Notes: generated from the sequence alone by a model not told the origin. Shown: positions 14,180 to 24,228, counted from the stretch's first letter. The stretch is DNA of 64,000 bases from Gammaproteobacteria bacterium (GCA_041984885.1 JBHIXH010000008.1:928-64927); one strand, 5' to 3'. Program-made: numbers and translations.

Positions 14180-15431
14180 CTCTTCCAATGCTGACGACAG
14201 CCAGTGCGATGGCCAGCGACCAGATGCTGACACTGAACCAGTATGAGCCATAAAACGCCAGGTGCGCATTCAGTGGCAGATACGCCGTCAGCGGGCATAA
14301 CAGCCAGGGCATGTTCTGCAGACGGCCAGCCCGGATTTCGGAAAATAATATTCTGATCAGAAAGAAATAGAACAGACCAAACCCGATGAGCCCGATCAGG
14401 CCAGTCTCGGCCGCAATCTCGAGAATATGCAGGTGCGGGTGAGTCGTGCCGTTGTAATAACCTTTGCGTATCCAGAAATTATCCGCTTCGGCATATTCAT
14501 TAAACCGGTGGCGAAACTGTCGCGTGCCAATACCATTCAGCCAGTTGTCCTCGGTGATGGCGATCGCTACCCGCCACAAATCAAGTCGATGTGCCGTTGC
14601 AAAATCGATTTGCTCTGTGTCGAGTGAAAACAGTTGTAATGTCGATTCGATACGCTGTTTGGTCTGCGCATGAAACAGCGAAAATACAATCAGGAAAACA
14701 CAAACGATGGATCCATATACAAGCAGATACTTCAGGCTAACCCGCTTATTGATTAAATATAAATAGATCATATAACCGCCCCCCGAGAACAGGAACATGA
14801 TCCAGGCGCTGCGCTTGCCACCGAGAAGTAACATAAGGAAAAATGGCAGCAGCAGGCCGAGCAACCATTTGTGTTTGGGATAATGGATGCGTATGAATTC
14901 AAAATACAGCGGTGCCAGCACGGCCAGCAAATACGGCATACGTATCTTTGGATAAAACATGCCGGAAAGCTGGTGCGGTGGGGTATAGGGATAACCGAAA
15001 AGGTTATATCCAACCAAAAACTGAATCAGGCCGTCCAGCGCCCACAGGCTTAAGACGATAAATATCAGGGCATGCAACAGGGACAACAAGGCTGTTCTAT
15101 TCAATGAAAAAATGATTGCCACGGCTGCCGGGAAATAGAAAAAATACAACAGGGTTTTAGTCTGCGACGGATATGTCCCGGAAACATCAAGGTTCGCGAC
15201 CAGCATGGGGAACCAGAGCAAGACAAACAGCGTGATAGTCTGTTTGATCAGGACAGTCGGGAATGCGCGAACCCGAAAAAATTTATAAAGTAACGCCAGA
15301 CCGTAACAGGACAGCAGCAAGAACGGCACGATGAACGACGTTTCGGTTGCAAAGAGGAATAAAATTAATGCCGCAACCAGAACCCCGGGGTTCTGCATTG
15401 TGTTTGCAATAGTCTGTTTTGCCTGGTCCAT
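14157..15431 (-). CDS. O-antigen ligase (WaaL/Wzy_C) family membrane protein
   Basis: Many TM segments, KRSAW, RLDLW..GIG and a periplasmic HPH motif. Confidence 0.8.
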   Translation of the reverse strand: MDQAKQTIANTMQNPGVLVAALILFLFATETSFIVPFLLLSCYGLALLYKFFRVRAFPTVLIKQTITLFVLLWFPMLVANLDVSGTYPSQTKTLLYFFYFPAAVAIIFSLNRTALLSLLHALIFIVLSLWALDGLIQFLVGYNLFGYPYTPPHQLSGMFYPKIRMPYLLAVLAPLYFEFIRIHYPKHKWLLGLLLPFFLMLLLGGKRSAWIMFLFSGGGYMIYLYLINKRVSLKYLLVYGSIVCVFLIVFSLFHAQTKQRIESTLQLFSLDTEQIDFATAHRLDLWRVAIAITEDNWLNGIGTRQFRHRFNEYAEADNFWIRKGYYNGTTHPHLHILEIAAETGLIGLIGFGLFYFFLIRILFSEIRAGRLQNMPWLLCPLTAYLPLNAHLAFYGSYWFSVSIWSLAIALAVVSIGRDEQHTDH

Positions 15432-15434
15432 GAA

Positions 15435-16337
15435 TCAAGTAATCGCTCTGCCCGGGGGCGAACAGATAATGTCCTGATGTTTTAATCTTTGGCCGTAGCG
15501 GTACGGAGCCAGCCGGTAGGCGCCAGACGATTTATTGGCCTTGATAAAATAATAAAAGCAATAGTTTTCAGGGAACAAGGACAAAAACTCCTGCTCTCTG
15601 TGAAAACTGGATTCTGTTTCAGGCGACATTTCAATCAGGATCACAGGGCGATGTTGGAAAATAGTATTTTTCAGGCCGACCAGCACGGCTTTTTCAAAGC
15701 CCTCTACATCGATCTTGATCAGCGACACATGCAGGATATTAACGTGCTTGACGAATTCGTCCCCGCTGACTATCTCTACCTCTTTTAGCTTTTTGCCGGC
15801 TTTTTCAAATCGCTCCACTAGACTGGCTGTTCCAAGGTTTCCCCTGGTCGACTCATACAAAGGGGCGGTAGATTTCTCTGCGCCGAGAGCAAGCTCAAAT
15901 AGTCGAACATTTCCGATCTGGTTTATAAGAATGTGATGTTGTAGCCGGCTAAAGGCTGCCGGGTTGGGTTCCAGCGAGTATACCTGAGAAAAAATATCGG
16001 AAAAAAACATTGTGTGGTTGCCTACGTTTGCGCCAACATCGATGCATGAGCCCGCTGTCTGGATCGGGGAGCCACATATATTTTTAAGACAATACAAAAC
16101 CGGCTTTTCATAGAGCCCGCTGACAAACACGGCCCTGTCAATGTGTTCTGCTGTATTTCCTTCAAACATTTTTCCATGACTGGAAGCAGTGAAATTAATG
16201 CCGGCTTTAAATCCGGGTATCAACTTTTTGCACAAGGATTTTTTCAGGCTGAATGGAATGATGCCTGAACGGCATAAAGTGCGGACCAGAACCCGGGTTT
16301 TGACGTCTGCTTCAAAGTTTAAAGTGTTCAAAGTCAT
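15435..16337 (-). CDS. FkbM-family SAM methyltransferase
   Basis: DVGANVG and IKIDVEGFE motifs. Confidence 0.88.
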   Translation of the reverse strand: MTLNTLNFEADVKTRVLVRTLCRSGIIPFSLKKSLCKKLIPGFKAGINFTASSHGKMFEGNTAEHIDRAVFVSGLYEKPVLYCLKNICGSPIQTAGSCIDVGANVGNHTMFFSDIFSQVYSLEPNPAAFSRLQHHILINQIGNVRLFELALGAEKSTAPLYESTRGNLGTASLVERFEKAGKKLKEVEIVSGDEFVKHVNILHVSLIKIDVEGFEKAVLVGLKNTIFQHRPVILIEMSPETESSFHREQEFLSLFPENYCFYYFIKANKSSGAYRLAPYRYGQRLKHQDIICSPPGRAIT

Positions 16338-16386
16338 GCCTGGTCGTTGTCAGGCGCTGTGCCCCGGGTAAGTGCGGAATAGATAT

Positions 16387-17175
16387 TTAAGTGTCATTTT
16401 TTTGAGAAAGTGATTTTAAATAGCACGATATAGGCAGTAAACCTGCCAGCACCGCAATAATAAAACCGTAGAACCCCTCCTGATATCCTTTCTTGTACAG
16501 ATAGCATTTATAAAACCTGGCCGGAATTCGTAGCAGGCATTTTATAAAGCTGTTGTTTTTGGATGAGTGATACGGGTCAGCGGCCATGGCCGTCGCATAG
16601 CGATTAAAGCGATGTAATAAGTCGTGCACATCCTCATCAATCAGGTGTGTCATGGCATGGTCCAGGCGTCCAAGGTATTCCTCTTCAGCCAGGAACAGTT
16701 CCGGGTGTATGGTTTGCATTCCCCAGCGCTTGCTGCCTTTGGCAAACAGACAGACCTTGGCGTTTGTGCCGATGTAGGCGCCCCAGCCCCGGCGAACAAG
16801 TTTTTTCCCTATGTAGTTATCGAATGGAACTAAAAAGTAGCCTTTGTCATGTTCGTCGATCTTTTCGCGGATTTCACTTGCCAGTCGCGGACTGACGCGT
16901 TCGTCTGCATCCACTTCAAGTATCCATTTGCCCTGACAATAATCGATACCAAGATTACGTCGCTCACCTTCAATGTCCCAGCTTCCTTCCAGCAGTCTGT
17001 CCGTAAATTGTGCGGCGATGTTTTTTGATTCGTCTGTGCATTTATCGAGTACGACGACCAGTTCGTCAACAAAAGCCAGGGTTTGCAGGCAATCTGCCAG
17101 GCGACGCTCTTCATTGTGAATGACGACCAATGCCGACAGACGGCCGTAATTATCTGCGGTGGCTGATACATTCAC
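16387..17175 (-). CDS. Glycosyltransferase family 2 (LPS core beta-glucosyltransferase-like)
   Basis: NEE, DADE and HPE motifs. Confidence 0.85.
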   Translation of the reverse strand: MNVSATADNYGRLSALVVIHNEERRLADCLQTLAFVDELVVVLDKCTDESKNIAAQFTDRLLEGSWDIEGERRNLGIDYCQGKWILEVDADERVSPRLASEIREKIDEHDKGYFLVPFDNYIGKKLVRRGWGAYIGTNAKVCLFAKGSKRWGMQTIHPELFLAEEEYLGRLDHAMTHLIDEDVHDLLHRFNRYATAMAADPYHSSKNNSFIKCLLRIPARFYKCYLYKKGYQEGFYGFIIAVLAGLLPISCYLKSLSQKNDT

Positions 17176-18259
17176 GGTAAACGGCCATGGTTTTCTCCAA
17201 CATCGCTTGTCGGGTGAATGGATTTGTTTGCTGTACTGCCGGCAGTTGCTGATGAAAGCGGGTTGCCTTCTCGATCGTTTGTTTTATGTTTAATGGTTCA
17301 ACTGCGCCGTCAGGAAATATTGTGCCGAGCACTTCTGCTGCGCCACCGTGGTTGTAGGCAATGACCGGCTTGCCGATAGCCAGCGCCTCCAGTGCTGTGC
17401 GCCCGAAAGCCTCCGGCTCGCGTGCCAGCGACAATACCACATTCGAGATCGACATGATGTTTTTCATATCGTTGCGCTGGCCGAGAAAACTGACATATTG
17501 TTCTATGCCATACGATGCAGCGAGTGATTTCAGTTCCTGTAAAAAAGCAGCGCGGCGTGGTTCTGCACCGCCGGCAATCAGTCCATGTGCCGGTATGCCG
17601 GTTTTTATCAGGCCGGCGATTACATGAATAAAATCTTCCTGCCCTTTCCAGCGCGTGATGCGCGCCGGTAGTGTCAAGATAAAGCGCCCGACCAGATGCT
17701 GGTTTTGCGAGCGCCAGTCGTTCAGCCAGTCGGCTGGCGCGGTGTAGCCAAATGGAAATTCTGTCGCATCGACACCCCGGGGAATGATACGAATCCGATC
17801 CGTATCGGTTTCGGGATAATTATTGACGATGTAATCACGGATAAAATCAGATATGGCAATCACGCGATCACCGCGACACATGATCGCGCTGTATTTATTC
17901 ACCGTGTACGGCCCATGGACAGTCGTGACGAATGCCGGCCGGTTTGCAAGACCGCGTAGCGCCAGCCAGCTAATCCAGGCCGGTAAACGTGAGCGGGCAT
18001 GCACAATATCAGGGTTCTCGTCGATAAACAGTTTTCGCAGCGAACGGATATGCCGGAAGGTAAGCAATGATTTCTTTCCCACCGCTATCTGGATATGCCG
18101 GCTGCCGGTGTTTTCCAGCGCCTTGACCATTCGGCCACCGGCAGAGATGACAAGTGACTGGTGGCCGGCTTTTTGTAATGCCTCGGCCACTTCCAGTGTG
18201 CCGCGTTCCACACCGCCGACCTCAAGTGCGGGTAATACCTGGATCACTTTAAAACTCAT
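17150..18259 (-). CDS. Glycosyltransferase family 4
   Basis: GGVERGT, HARSR, WKGQ and EAFGRTALEA. Confidence 0.9.
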   Translation of the reverse strand: MSFKVIQVLPALEVGGVERGTLEVAEALQKAGHQSLVISAGGRMVKALENTGSRHIQIAVGKKSLLTFRHIRSLRKLFIDENPDIVHARSRLPAWISWLALRGLANRPAFVTTVHGPYTVNKYSAIMCRGDRVIAISDFIRDYIVNNYPETDTDRIRIIPRGVDATEFPFGYTAPADWLNDWRSQNQHLVGRFILTLPARITRWKGQEDFIHVIAGLIKTGIPAHGLIAGGAEPRRAAFLQELKSLAASYGIEQYVSFLGQRNDMKNIMSISNVVLSLAREPEAFGRTALEALAIGKPVIAYNHGGAAEVLGTIFPDGAVEPLNIKQTIEKATRFHQQLPAVQQTNPFTRQAMLEKTMAVYRECISHRR

Positions 18260-18268
18260 GGTGCTTGA

Positions 18269-19015
18269 TTAGCTGTGTGTCGCCACGATTTTCATCGTTG
18301 ATTTCAGGCTAAGCCGTTTTTTAATTATTTTCAGATCGTGCCTGGCCAACAGCCGGTCCAGCGTCTCTGCATTAAAATAATATAAATGCTCGGAAGGTTT
18401 GATTTCTTTCCAGTCTTGCAACGGTTTTGTTACCCGCCAATGACCAATGTCCGGCGTAATAATATCGATGAGTCCGTCTTCAGACAGCAGCCGCTTCATG
18501 TGTGCCAGCGTGCTATTCAGATCCGGAACATGTTCGATAACATCGTACAGGGAAATGACCTGAAAGTGATTTGCGGGAAAGGACTGATCCTCCAGTTGAC
18601 CATGAAATAACCTGCCCAGATTCAGTTCGCGTTTGCCATATTCAATGCCCCATTTTTCAACATCCACGCCCCAGGCCTCAAACCCGGCAGCCTCCGCGGC
18701 CTTGACTACGAAGCCGGCAGAGCAGCCTATGTCGAGCCAGCTTCTTTTCTCCCGCAGTCTTCTCGCCAGCAGGCGTACGCGTTTCGCTGATCGTTGAATC
18801 TTTTTGTCATGTTTCTTCGTATAATTTTGTGAGTAACCGTCTGAATAGGTGTTCACCACCTGGCTGAATATCGGCCGCGGATTAATCAGGACCAGCTTGC
18901 AGCGAAGGCACTGAACAAACGGTTCATTTTTTTTTCTGAATAATTCATTAAATTCAGTGCCGTCACATACCGGACAATCGATTGTCTCCCAATCCTGGTT
19001 TGAGTCTGAAGTCAT
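18269..19015 (-). CDS. Class I SAM methyltransferase with N-terminal CxxC...CxxC
   Basis: CPVC/CLRC, LDIGCSAG and DVIEHV. Confidence 0.82.
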   Translation of the reverse strand: MTSDSNQDWETIDCPVCDGTEFNELFRKKNEPFVQCLRCKLVLINPRPIFSQVVNTYSDGYSQNYTKKHDKKIQRSAKRVRLLARRLREKRSWLDIGCSAGFVVKAAEAAGFEAWGVDVEKWGIEYGKRELNLGRLFHGQLEDQSFPANHFQVISLYDVIEHVPDLNSTLAHMKRLLSEDGLIDIITPDIGHWRVTKPLQDWKEIKPSEHLYYFNAETLDRLLARHDLKIIKKRLSLKSTMKIVATHS

Positions 19016-19938
19016 GGTTTATTCCCGGTCAGGAAGCGATGAACAATATAGTCTGCACAGCGTTCGGCTTCATTTAATGAGACTGCAGGCGTAACCAGTT
19101 TTTTGTCGTTTACCCAGTCAGCATAAAAACGTAACAGTCGTTGCTCACCAAGCCGATGCAGCGATAAGGACTGTCGGGTTCGCCTGGCTGTCCCGGGCAT
19201 GAACACGCCGGTTTGACAGCCGGCAGTCAGGGCTTCGTAGATCATGGAGAAGCTATCCGCGGTAACCCAGGCGACCGCAGATCGATTCAGGGATTCGTCC
19301 AGTTGCCCGGCCCTGCTGTCATCCCGGTCGATAAACGTAACATTCTGACCGGCAAATGCGACCAGGTCTTTTCGCATTGTCGCGGGTGTCCGCCTTGAGT
19401 TATAGATTTCCCAGCGGTGCCCCGGGCCCGACTGTAAAACAGAATCGATTTGTGACAATACGGAAGACGTGTCCCAGTCAAAATGCCGGGACGGCCCGCC
19501 AACCAGGATGACGCCGGCCTGCTTCACTTTCTGTTGTGGCTGTTTTTGTGTGTTGATCACGCCATCCGTTAACATCACATGTCGGCTTTCATTTGCGCCG
19601 TCGTGGCGCGGGATCAGGCAAAGATCAAACCAGCGGTTTGGCAGGCCGGGCTGCATTAATACAATCGTCGACGCGCCGGTATCGTGTTTCGCCTTTAACA
19701 GGGACCAGTGCGTTTGGTGGCCTGCGCCGAGAACCAGCGCCGGCGCTTCCGGCTGATGAGTTAATGGCGATCGGGTTACCAGGTCGGACAGGTTTTTATA
19801 CCAGGGTTTCGCCTTTATCGTGATCACGTCACAGGCACATACAGCCGCCAACGCTGTGGCGAGCCCCTGTGTTTGTTTTTCATGGCCGGGTTTGCCATCG
19901 ACAATACGCCAGATGATTGTCTTCGTTGCAGAGGTCAA
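19012..19938 (-). CDS. ELM1/GtrOC1-like nucleoside-diphosphate-sugar protein
   Basis: DGKPGH..Q, IPRHD, GGPS, SRRTP and VTADS.SMIYEA; TTG start overlaps the upstream stop. Confidence 0.8.
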   Translation of the reverse strand: MTSATKTIIWRIVDGKPGHEKQTQGLATALAAVCACDVITIKAKPWYKNLSDLVTRSPLTHQPEAPALVLGAGHQTHWSLLKAKHDTGASTIVLMQPGLPNRWFDLCLIPRHDGANESRHVMLTDGVINTQKQPQQKVKQAGVILVGGPSRHFDWDTSSVLSQIDSVLQSGPGHRWEIYNSRRTPATMRKDLVAFAGQNVTFIDRDDSRAGQLDESLNRSAVAWVTADSFSMIYEALTAGCQTGVFMPGTARRTRQSLSLHRLGEQRLLRFYADWVNDKKLVTPAVSLNEAERCADYIVHRFLTGNKP

Positions 19939-20141
19939 GAATCGTCAGCGTGTTCGAGCAGATAGATGGCACCACAGTAGGGGCAGGTCTCGCGACCACT
20001 GTTTTCAATCGGTAGATAAACACGCGGGTGCGCATTCCAGAGCGGCATGTCTGCGGTTGGGCAGTGTAACGGCAAGTCAGAGTGCGAGACGGTGCGCGGT
20101 GTGATCGCTGCGCGTGGCGTCGAACTGCCGGGATCAGACAT
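19935..20141 (-). CDS. Small zinc-finger (zf-CHCC-like) protein
   Basis: LHCP...WNAHPRVYL...CPYCG; follows ilvE. Confidence 0.85.
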   Translation of the reverse strand: MSDPGSSTPRAAITPRTVSHSDLPLHCPTADMPLWNAHPRVYLPIENSGRETCPYCGAIYLLEHADDS

Positions 20142-21054
20142 GGCTGAGCCAGTTTTCGTCAACGCTGTGTTTGCCGGAGACGGTGTCGAAATACAGTTTT
20201 TGCAGCTGGGTTGTCATTGGTCCGCGCGTACCATCGCCAATCAAGCGACCGTCCAGTTCGCGTATCGGCGTGACCTCGGCCGCCGTGCCGGTAAAAAAAG
20301 CCTCGTCAGCTACATACACTTCATCGCGGGTGATGCGTTTCTCGATGACCGTGTAACCGCATTCGGCGGCCAGGCGGACTATCGTGTCACGCGTAATGCC
20401 TTCCAGTGCCGATGTCAGGTCGGGCGTATACAGTTTGCCGTTACGCACAATAAACACATTCTCTCCGCTGCCTTCCGCCACATAACCCTCGTTGTCCAGC
20501 AGCAGTGCTTCGTCATAGCCGCAATCCAGTGCTTCCTGCAGTGCCAACATCGAGTTCATGTAGTTGCCATTGGCCTTCGCCTTGCACATGGTTATGTTCA
20601 CATGGTGACGGGTGAACGAGGACGTTTTGATACGAATGCCCTTTTCCAGGCCATCGCTACCAAGGTATGAACCCCATGACCAGGCAGCGATGATGGTATG
20701 CACTTTTAAATTATCCGCGCGCAGACCCATGCCCTCGGCACCATAAAAACACATGGGTCGCAGGTAGGCGCTGCTTAGATTGTTTCTGCGTAATGATTCC
20801 AGGCAGGCGGCGTTAATCGTGTCGCGATCCCATGGCATCTTCATGCGCAGGATGTGCAACGATCGAAACAGGCGGTCGGTATGATCGTGCAATCGAAATA
20901 TCGCTGTGCCATCCGTCGTTTCATAGGCGCGGACACCTTCAAAGGCGCCCATGCCATAATGCAGCGTGTGTGTGAGCACGTGTGTCCTAGCCTCACGCCA
21001 GTCAACAAACTCACCATCAAACCAGATGACGCCATCTCGGTCATACATTGGCAA
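20134..21054 (-). CDS. ilvE: Branched-chain amino acid aminotransferase
   Basis: LHYG..FEG.R, KANGNY, EGSGEN, LEGITR and GTAAE. Confidence 0.95.
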   Translation of the reverse strand: MPMYDRDGVIWFDGEFVDWREARTHVLTHTLHYGMGAFEGVRAYETTDGTAIFRLHDHTDRLFRSLHILRMKMPWDRDTINAACLESLRRNNLSSAYLRPMCFYGAEGMGLRADNLKVHTIIAAWSWGSYLGSDGLEKGIRIKTSSFTRHHVNITMCKAKANGNYMNSMLALQEALDCGYDEALLLDNEGYVAEGSGENVFIVRNGKLYTPDLTSALEGITRDTIVRLAAECGYTVIEKRITRDEVYVADEAFFTGTAAEVTPIRELDGRLIGDGTRGPMTTQLQKLYFDTVSGKHSVDENWLSHV

Positions 21055-21177
21055 CCTACTCCTGAAGTTATTAATTATTTGATCGGATTATATCGCTGCA
21101 AAGTAATCTCTGTGCGATACGCGTTGCGATGATAATCGAGACGCTGCAGTTATCAAAATCGGAAAGCAGAAAGGCGG

Positions 21178-21504
21178 CTATTTATAGCGCTTGCGCACAC
21201 ACTCTATTATGTTGAGTAATTGAGGATCGGCGACCGAGTAATACACCGTGCGACCGCGGCGTTCACTTTGTAGCAGGCCCTTGCCTTCCATCAGACGCAG
21301 ATGGCCGCTGGTTGCCGGCTGAGTCAGGGCACACAGGCGGGCAATGGTATCGACGGTGTACTCGCCACTGACCAGTATTTCAATAATACGCAGTCGATGC
21401 GGATGAGCGATGCATTTCAGGCTTTCGGCGGCCTGTTTCAGATAATCCAGCGGCAACAACTCTTCGCTCAGATCATCCCGGTCATTTAAATGTACGCTTG
21501 CCAT
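21178..21504 (-). CDS. ArsR/SmtB-family transcriptional regulator
   Basis: AHPHRLRI, SGHL and ERRGRTVYY wing. Confidence 0.9.
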   Translation of the reverse strand: MASVHLNDRDDLSEELLPLDYLKQAAESLKCIAHPHRLRIIEILVSGEYTVDTIARLCALTQPATSGHLRLMEGKGLLQSERRGRTVYYSVADPQLLNIIECVRKRYK

Positions 21505-21542
21505 AATTTATTCAGCTGGTTCAGTCGCAAATCATAGCCTAA

Positions 21543-21566
21543 TACATAAAAGAATCAATATATGTA
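21543..21566. promoter_or_regulatory. Putative ArsR-family operator (TACATA-N12-TATGTA)
   Basis: Inverted repeat in the AT-rich divergent region between the ArsR and rhodanese genes. Confidence 0.4.
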
Positions 21567-21695
21567 GAATTTACAATGTGTTGTTTCCCGGTTACTGGCG
21601 GCCCACAAGGGCCGGCAGGAATCTGTTGCATTTACCTGAGTGGGCCGCTCAGGCAAAATCTGAACCTCAATCATTCAACTATGAGCGAGAGACCG

Positions 21696-22121
21696 ATGAC
21701 TGACAGCGATGTAACCGAAGTCACTCCGCCTGAGGCCTGGGAGCTGATACAGACGAACCCGGATGCGATCCTGCTCGATGTGCGAACCAGTATGGAATAC
21801 GAGTATGTCGGCCATCCGCTGAATGCGGTCAATATTCCCTGGATGGAGTCACCGGATTGGCAGGTAGATGGTGGTTTTGTGAAAAAAGTGCGGGAACTGC
21901 TTGCCCACCGACCGAGCGAACAGGCGCCGGAGCAGACCCCGTTGCTGGCTATCTGTCGCAGCGGCAAACGCTCAGAGGCAGCGGCACGCTGTTTAATCGA
22001 GGACGGGTTTGCCGAGGTCTATAATGTCAGCGAAGGCTTTGAAGGGGATCGAGACGGACAAAAACACCGCAGTTGTATCAACGGCTGGCGATTTCACAAT
22101 CTTCCCTGGGAACAGTCCTGA
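21696..22121 (+). CDS. Single-domain rhodanese/sulfurtransferase
   Basis: LLDVRT..E...GH, active loop CRSGKRS and GWR...LPW. Confidence 0.88.
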   Translation: MTDSDVTEVTPPEAWELIQTNPDAILLDVRTSMEYEYVGHPLNAVNIPWMESPDWQVDGGFVKKVRELLAHRPSEQAPEQTPLLAICRSGKRSEAAARCLIEDGFAEVYNVSEGFEGDRDGQKHRSCINGWRFHNLPWEQS

Positions 22122-22130
22122 ACCTTTGAT

Positions 22131-23528
22131 TTGAACCCCATCCGGTTTATCTCCCGGCTGACCGGAAACCTCTTGGCGGGTTTTCGCCTGGCATTCTTTC
22201 TACCGCTCCGTCCGTGGCATTTCCAGGTGTCGGCCGGGCAGGTCATTGCCTTATTACTGTTGACGGTCGCCTTGCCACTGGTACACGACCTGATCGATGC
22301 CTGGCCACAGCCGCGCATGAATCCTTACGGTGTCAGCTATCAGGCCAGCCAGTACCTGTTTTTTTTTATTAGCGTGTTGTTGCTGTTGTCGATCGAGCGA
22401 CAGCGGCTGGCGCTGGAAAAGCTGCTGGTCTGGTTTTTATCGGTGGTGCCGACTATATGGACGATCTGTTTATTGCTGGATTACGTTGCCACGCGGCAAA
22501 CACTGTTGTCCGCCGTCAGCTCGGAATGGCTGGTGTTTTTTGTTTATATTGTCTGGCACCTGACGGTCATTGGTCGCGCCCTGTTTCGCTGTTTGCGCCC
22601 GGACCCGGCGCGGCTCGCCTTGCTCGTCTGTGTTTACGCCAGTATCAATATTCCGCCATTGTTCTATGTGCCTGCAGTACCGCTCTGGTACTCCACCGTG
22701 ATGGATGCATCAGCGCAACAGAAAAACCAGACACTGATAAATGTTGAAGATACGTTTTATTTACAACATGACCTGTTGGCTCTGCATGGCGGGTCGCTGA
22801 ACCGGCACCAGCCCGGTGAAACGGATTTGTATTTTATCGGGTTCGCCGGGTTCTCGGACGAAGATGTGTTCATGAACGAGACCTTGTCAGTCAAACGGCT
22901 GATGGAGCGGCAATACACCGGTCTCGGTAATGCGCTTGTATTGATCAACAACATTGACACATTGTCGCGCTATCCATTGGCAAATAGACATAACCTGGAG
23001 GCCGCATTACGCATGGTAGCGGCAAATATCGACGTCGAAGAAGACATTGTCTTTTTATTTTTGACGTCGCATGGCACGGAAGATCATCGGCTCTCTGTGC
23101 AAATGCCACCGCTTTCACTGAACCCGATCACGCCGATACAGATTCAAAACGCCTTTCTTGGCGCCGACATCAAGTGGAAAGTTATCGTGGTGTCAGCCTG
23201 TTACTCCGGCGGATTCATCGACTACCTGCAGGACCCGTATACGCTGATCATTACCGCGGCCAGTCCGGATCGAAATTCTTTTGGTTGCGGTCATGATGGT
23301 GCGTTCACTTATTTCGGCGAGGCCTATTTTCAGCACGCGTTATCGCAAACGCATTCGTTTACAGAAGCGTTTGACCTTGCTGCTGCACGCATCCTGTCGC
23401 GCGAGAAACAGGAAGGACACCTGCCATCGCAACCACAGATTGTGGCAGGCAACAGGATAGAGGAAAAGCTACAGCAACTTTATCATTCACTGGATGCTTT
23501 CGTCTCGACCCCGGATGAGACGCCATAA
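22131..23528 (+). CDS. Membrane-anchored C13 (legumain-like) cysteine peptidase
   Basis: N-terminal TM bundle, His-Cys dyad motifs LTSHG and SACYSGGF, SFGC. Confidence 0.82.
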   Translation: MNPIRFISRLTGNLLAGFRLAFFLPLRPWHFQVSAGQVIALLLLTVALPLVHDLIDAWPQPRMNPYGVSYQASQYLFFFISVLLLLSIERQRLALEKLLVWFLSVVPTIWTICLLLDYVATRQTLLSAVSSEWLVFFVYIVWHLTVIGRALFRCLRPDPARLALLVCVYASINIPPLFYVPAVPLWYSTVMDASAQQKNQTLINVEDTFYLQHDLLALHGGSLNRHQPGETDLYFIGFAGFSDEDVFMNETLSVKRLMERQYTGLGNALVLINNIDTLSRYPLANRHNLEAALRMVAANIDVEEDIVFLFLTSHGTEDHRLSVQMPPLSLNPITPIQIQNAFLGADIKWKVIVVSACYSGGFIDYLQDPYTLIITAASPDRNSFGCGHDGAFTYFGEAYFQHALSQTHSFTEAFDLAAARILSREKQEGHLPSQPQIVAGNRIEEKLQQLYHSLDAFVSTPDETP

Positions 23529-24218
23529 TCGGCAATCACTAACGCGATTTCAAATAACAGCAATGCCGGCACGGCCAGTAACAGTTGTGAGATCACATCC
23601 GGCGGCGTTAACAGCATGGCGATAACAAAGACCGCAATGATGATATAAGGCCGCTTGTCTCTTAACGTCTGCACGTTCACCAGGCCGGTTTTTACGACAA
23701 CAAACGTAATGACCGGAATCTCGAAAGCCAGTCCAAAACGCGAGCTTCAAAATAAAATCAAGGAACCGGCTGATGTCCGGCATGATGATGACGCCTGCCG
23801 GGGCCACCGAATTAAAGAAGGAATACAGTAGTGGTGAGACAACAAAAAGCGCGAACGCAGCGCCCGCGTAAAACAGGGTGATGCTGATCACAATCACCGG
23901 CAATGCCAGTTTCTTCTCCTGCTGGTACAGGCCGGGCGCAATAAACAACCAGGCCTGCGACAGCAGGTACGGTATCGCGAGAAAGAAAGACAGGTAAAAC
24001 GTTAATTTAAACGGAGTCAAAAACGGTGCGGCAATCTCCGTCGCGATCATGCTGCCCTGTTCCGGCAGCATGTTCATCAACGGGGTTGCCATCGTCGCGT
24101 AAATATCACCGGCGAAACCGACCATTAGCAGAAACAGGCCGACTACGGCAATGACGCAGCGGACCAGGCGACGGCGCAACTCAATCAGATGGGATACCAG
24201 CGTACCTTCAGCGGCCAT
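23483..24218 (-). pseudogene. tatC: Twin-arginine translocase TatC, frameshifted (real lesion or assembly error)
   Basis: N-half HLIELRRRL...FIAPGLY. Frame breaks at TTTT 23735-23738. C-half GLAFEIPV...LTPPDVISQ is in another frame. Confidence 0.85.
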
Positions 24219-24228
24219 GACAACAGGC

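Noticed and set aside
23730-23745. Programmed frameshift in tatC
   Set aside because: Only a T4 run is present and about two codons appear to be missing; a deletion or assembly error explains it better.
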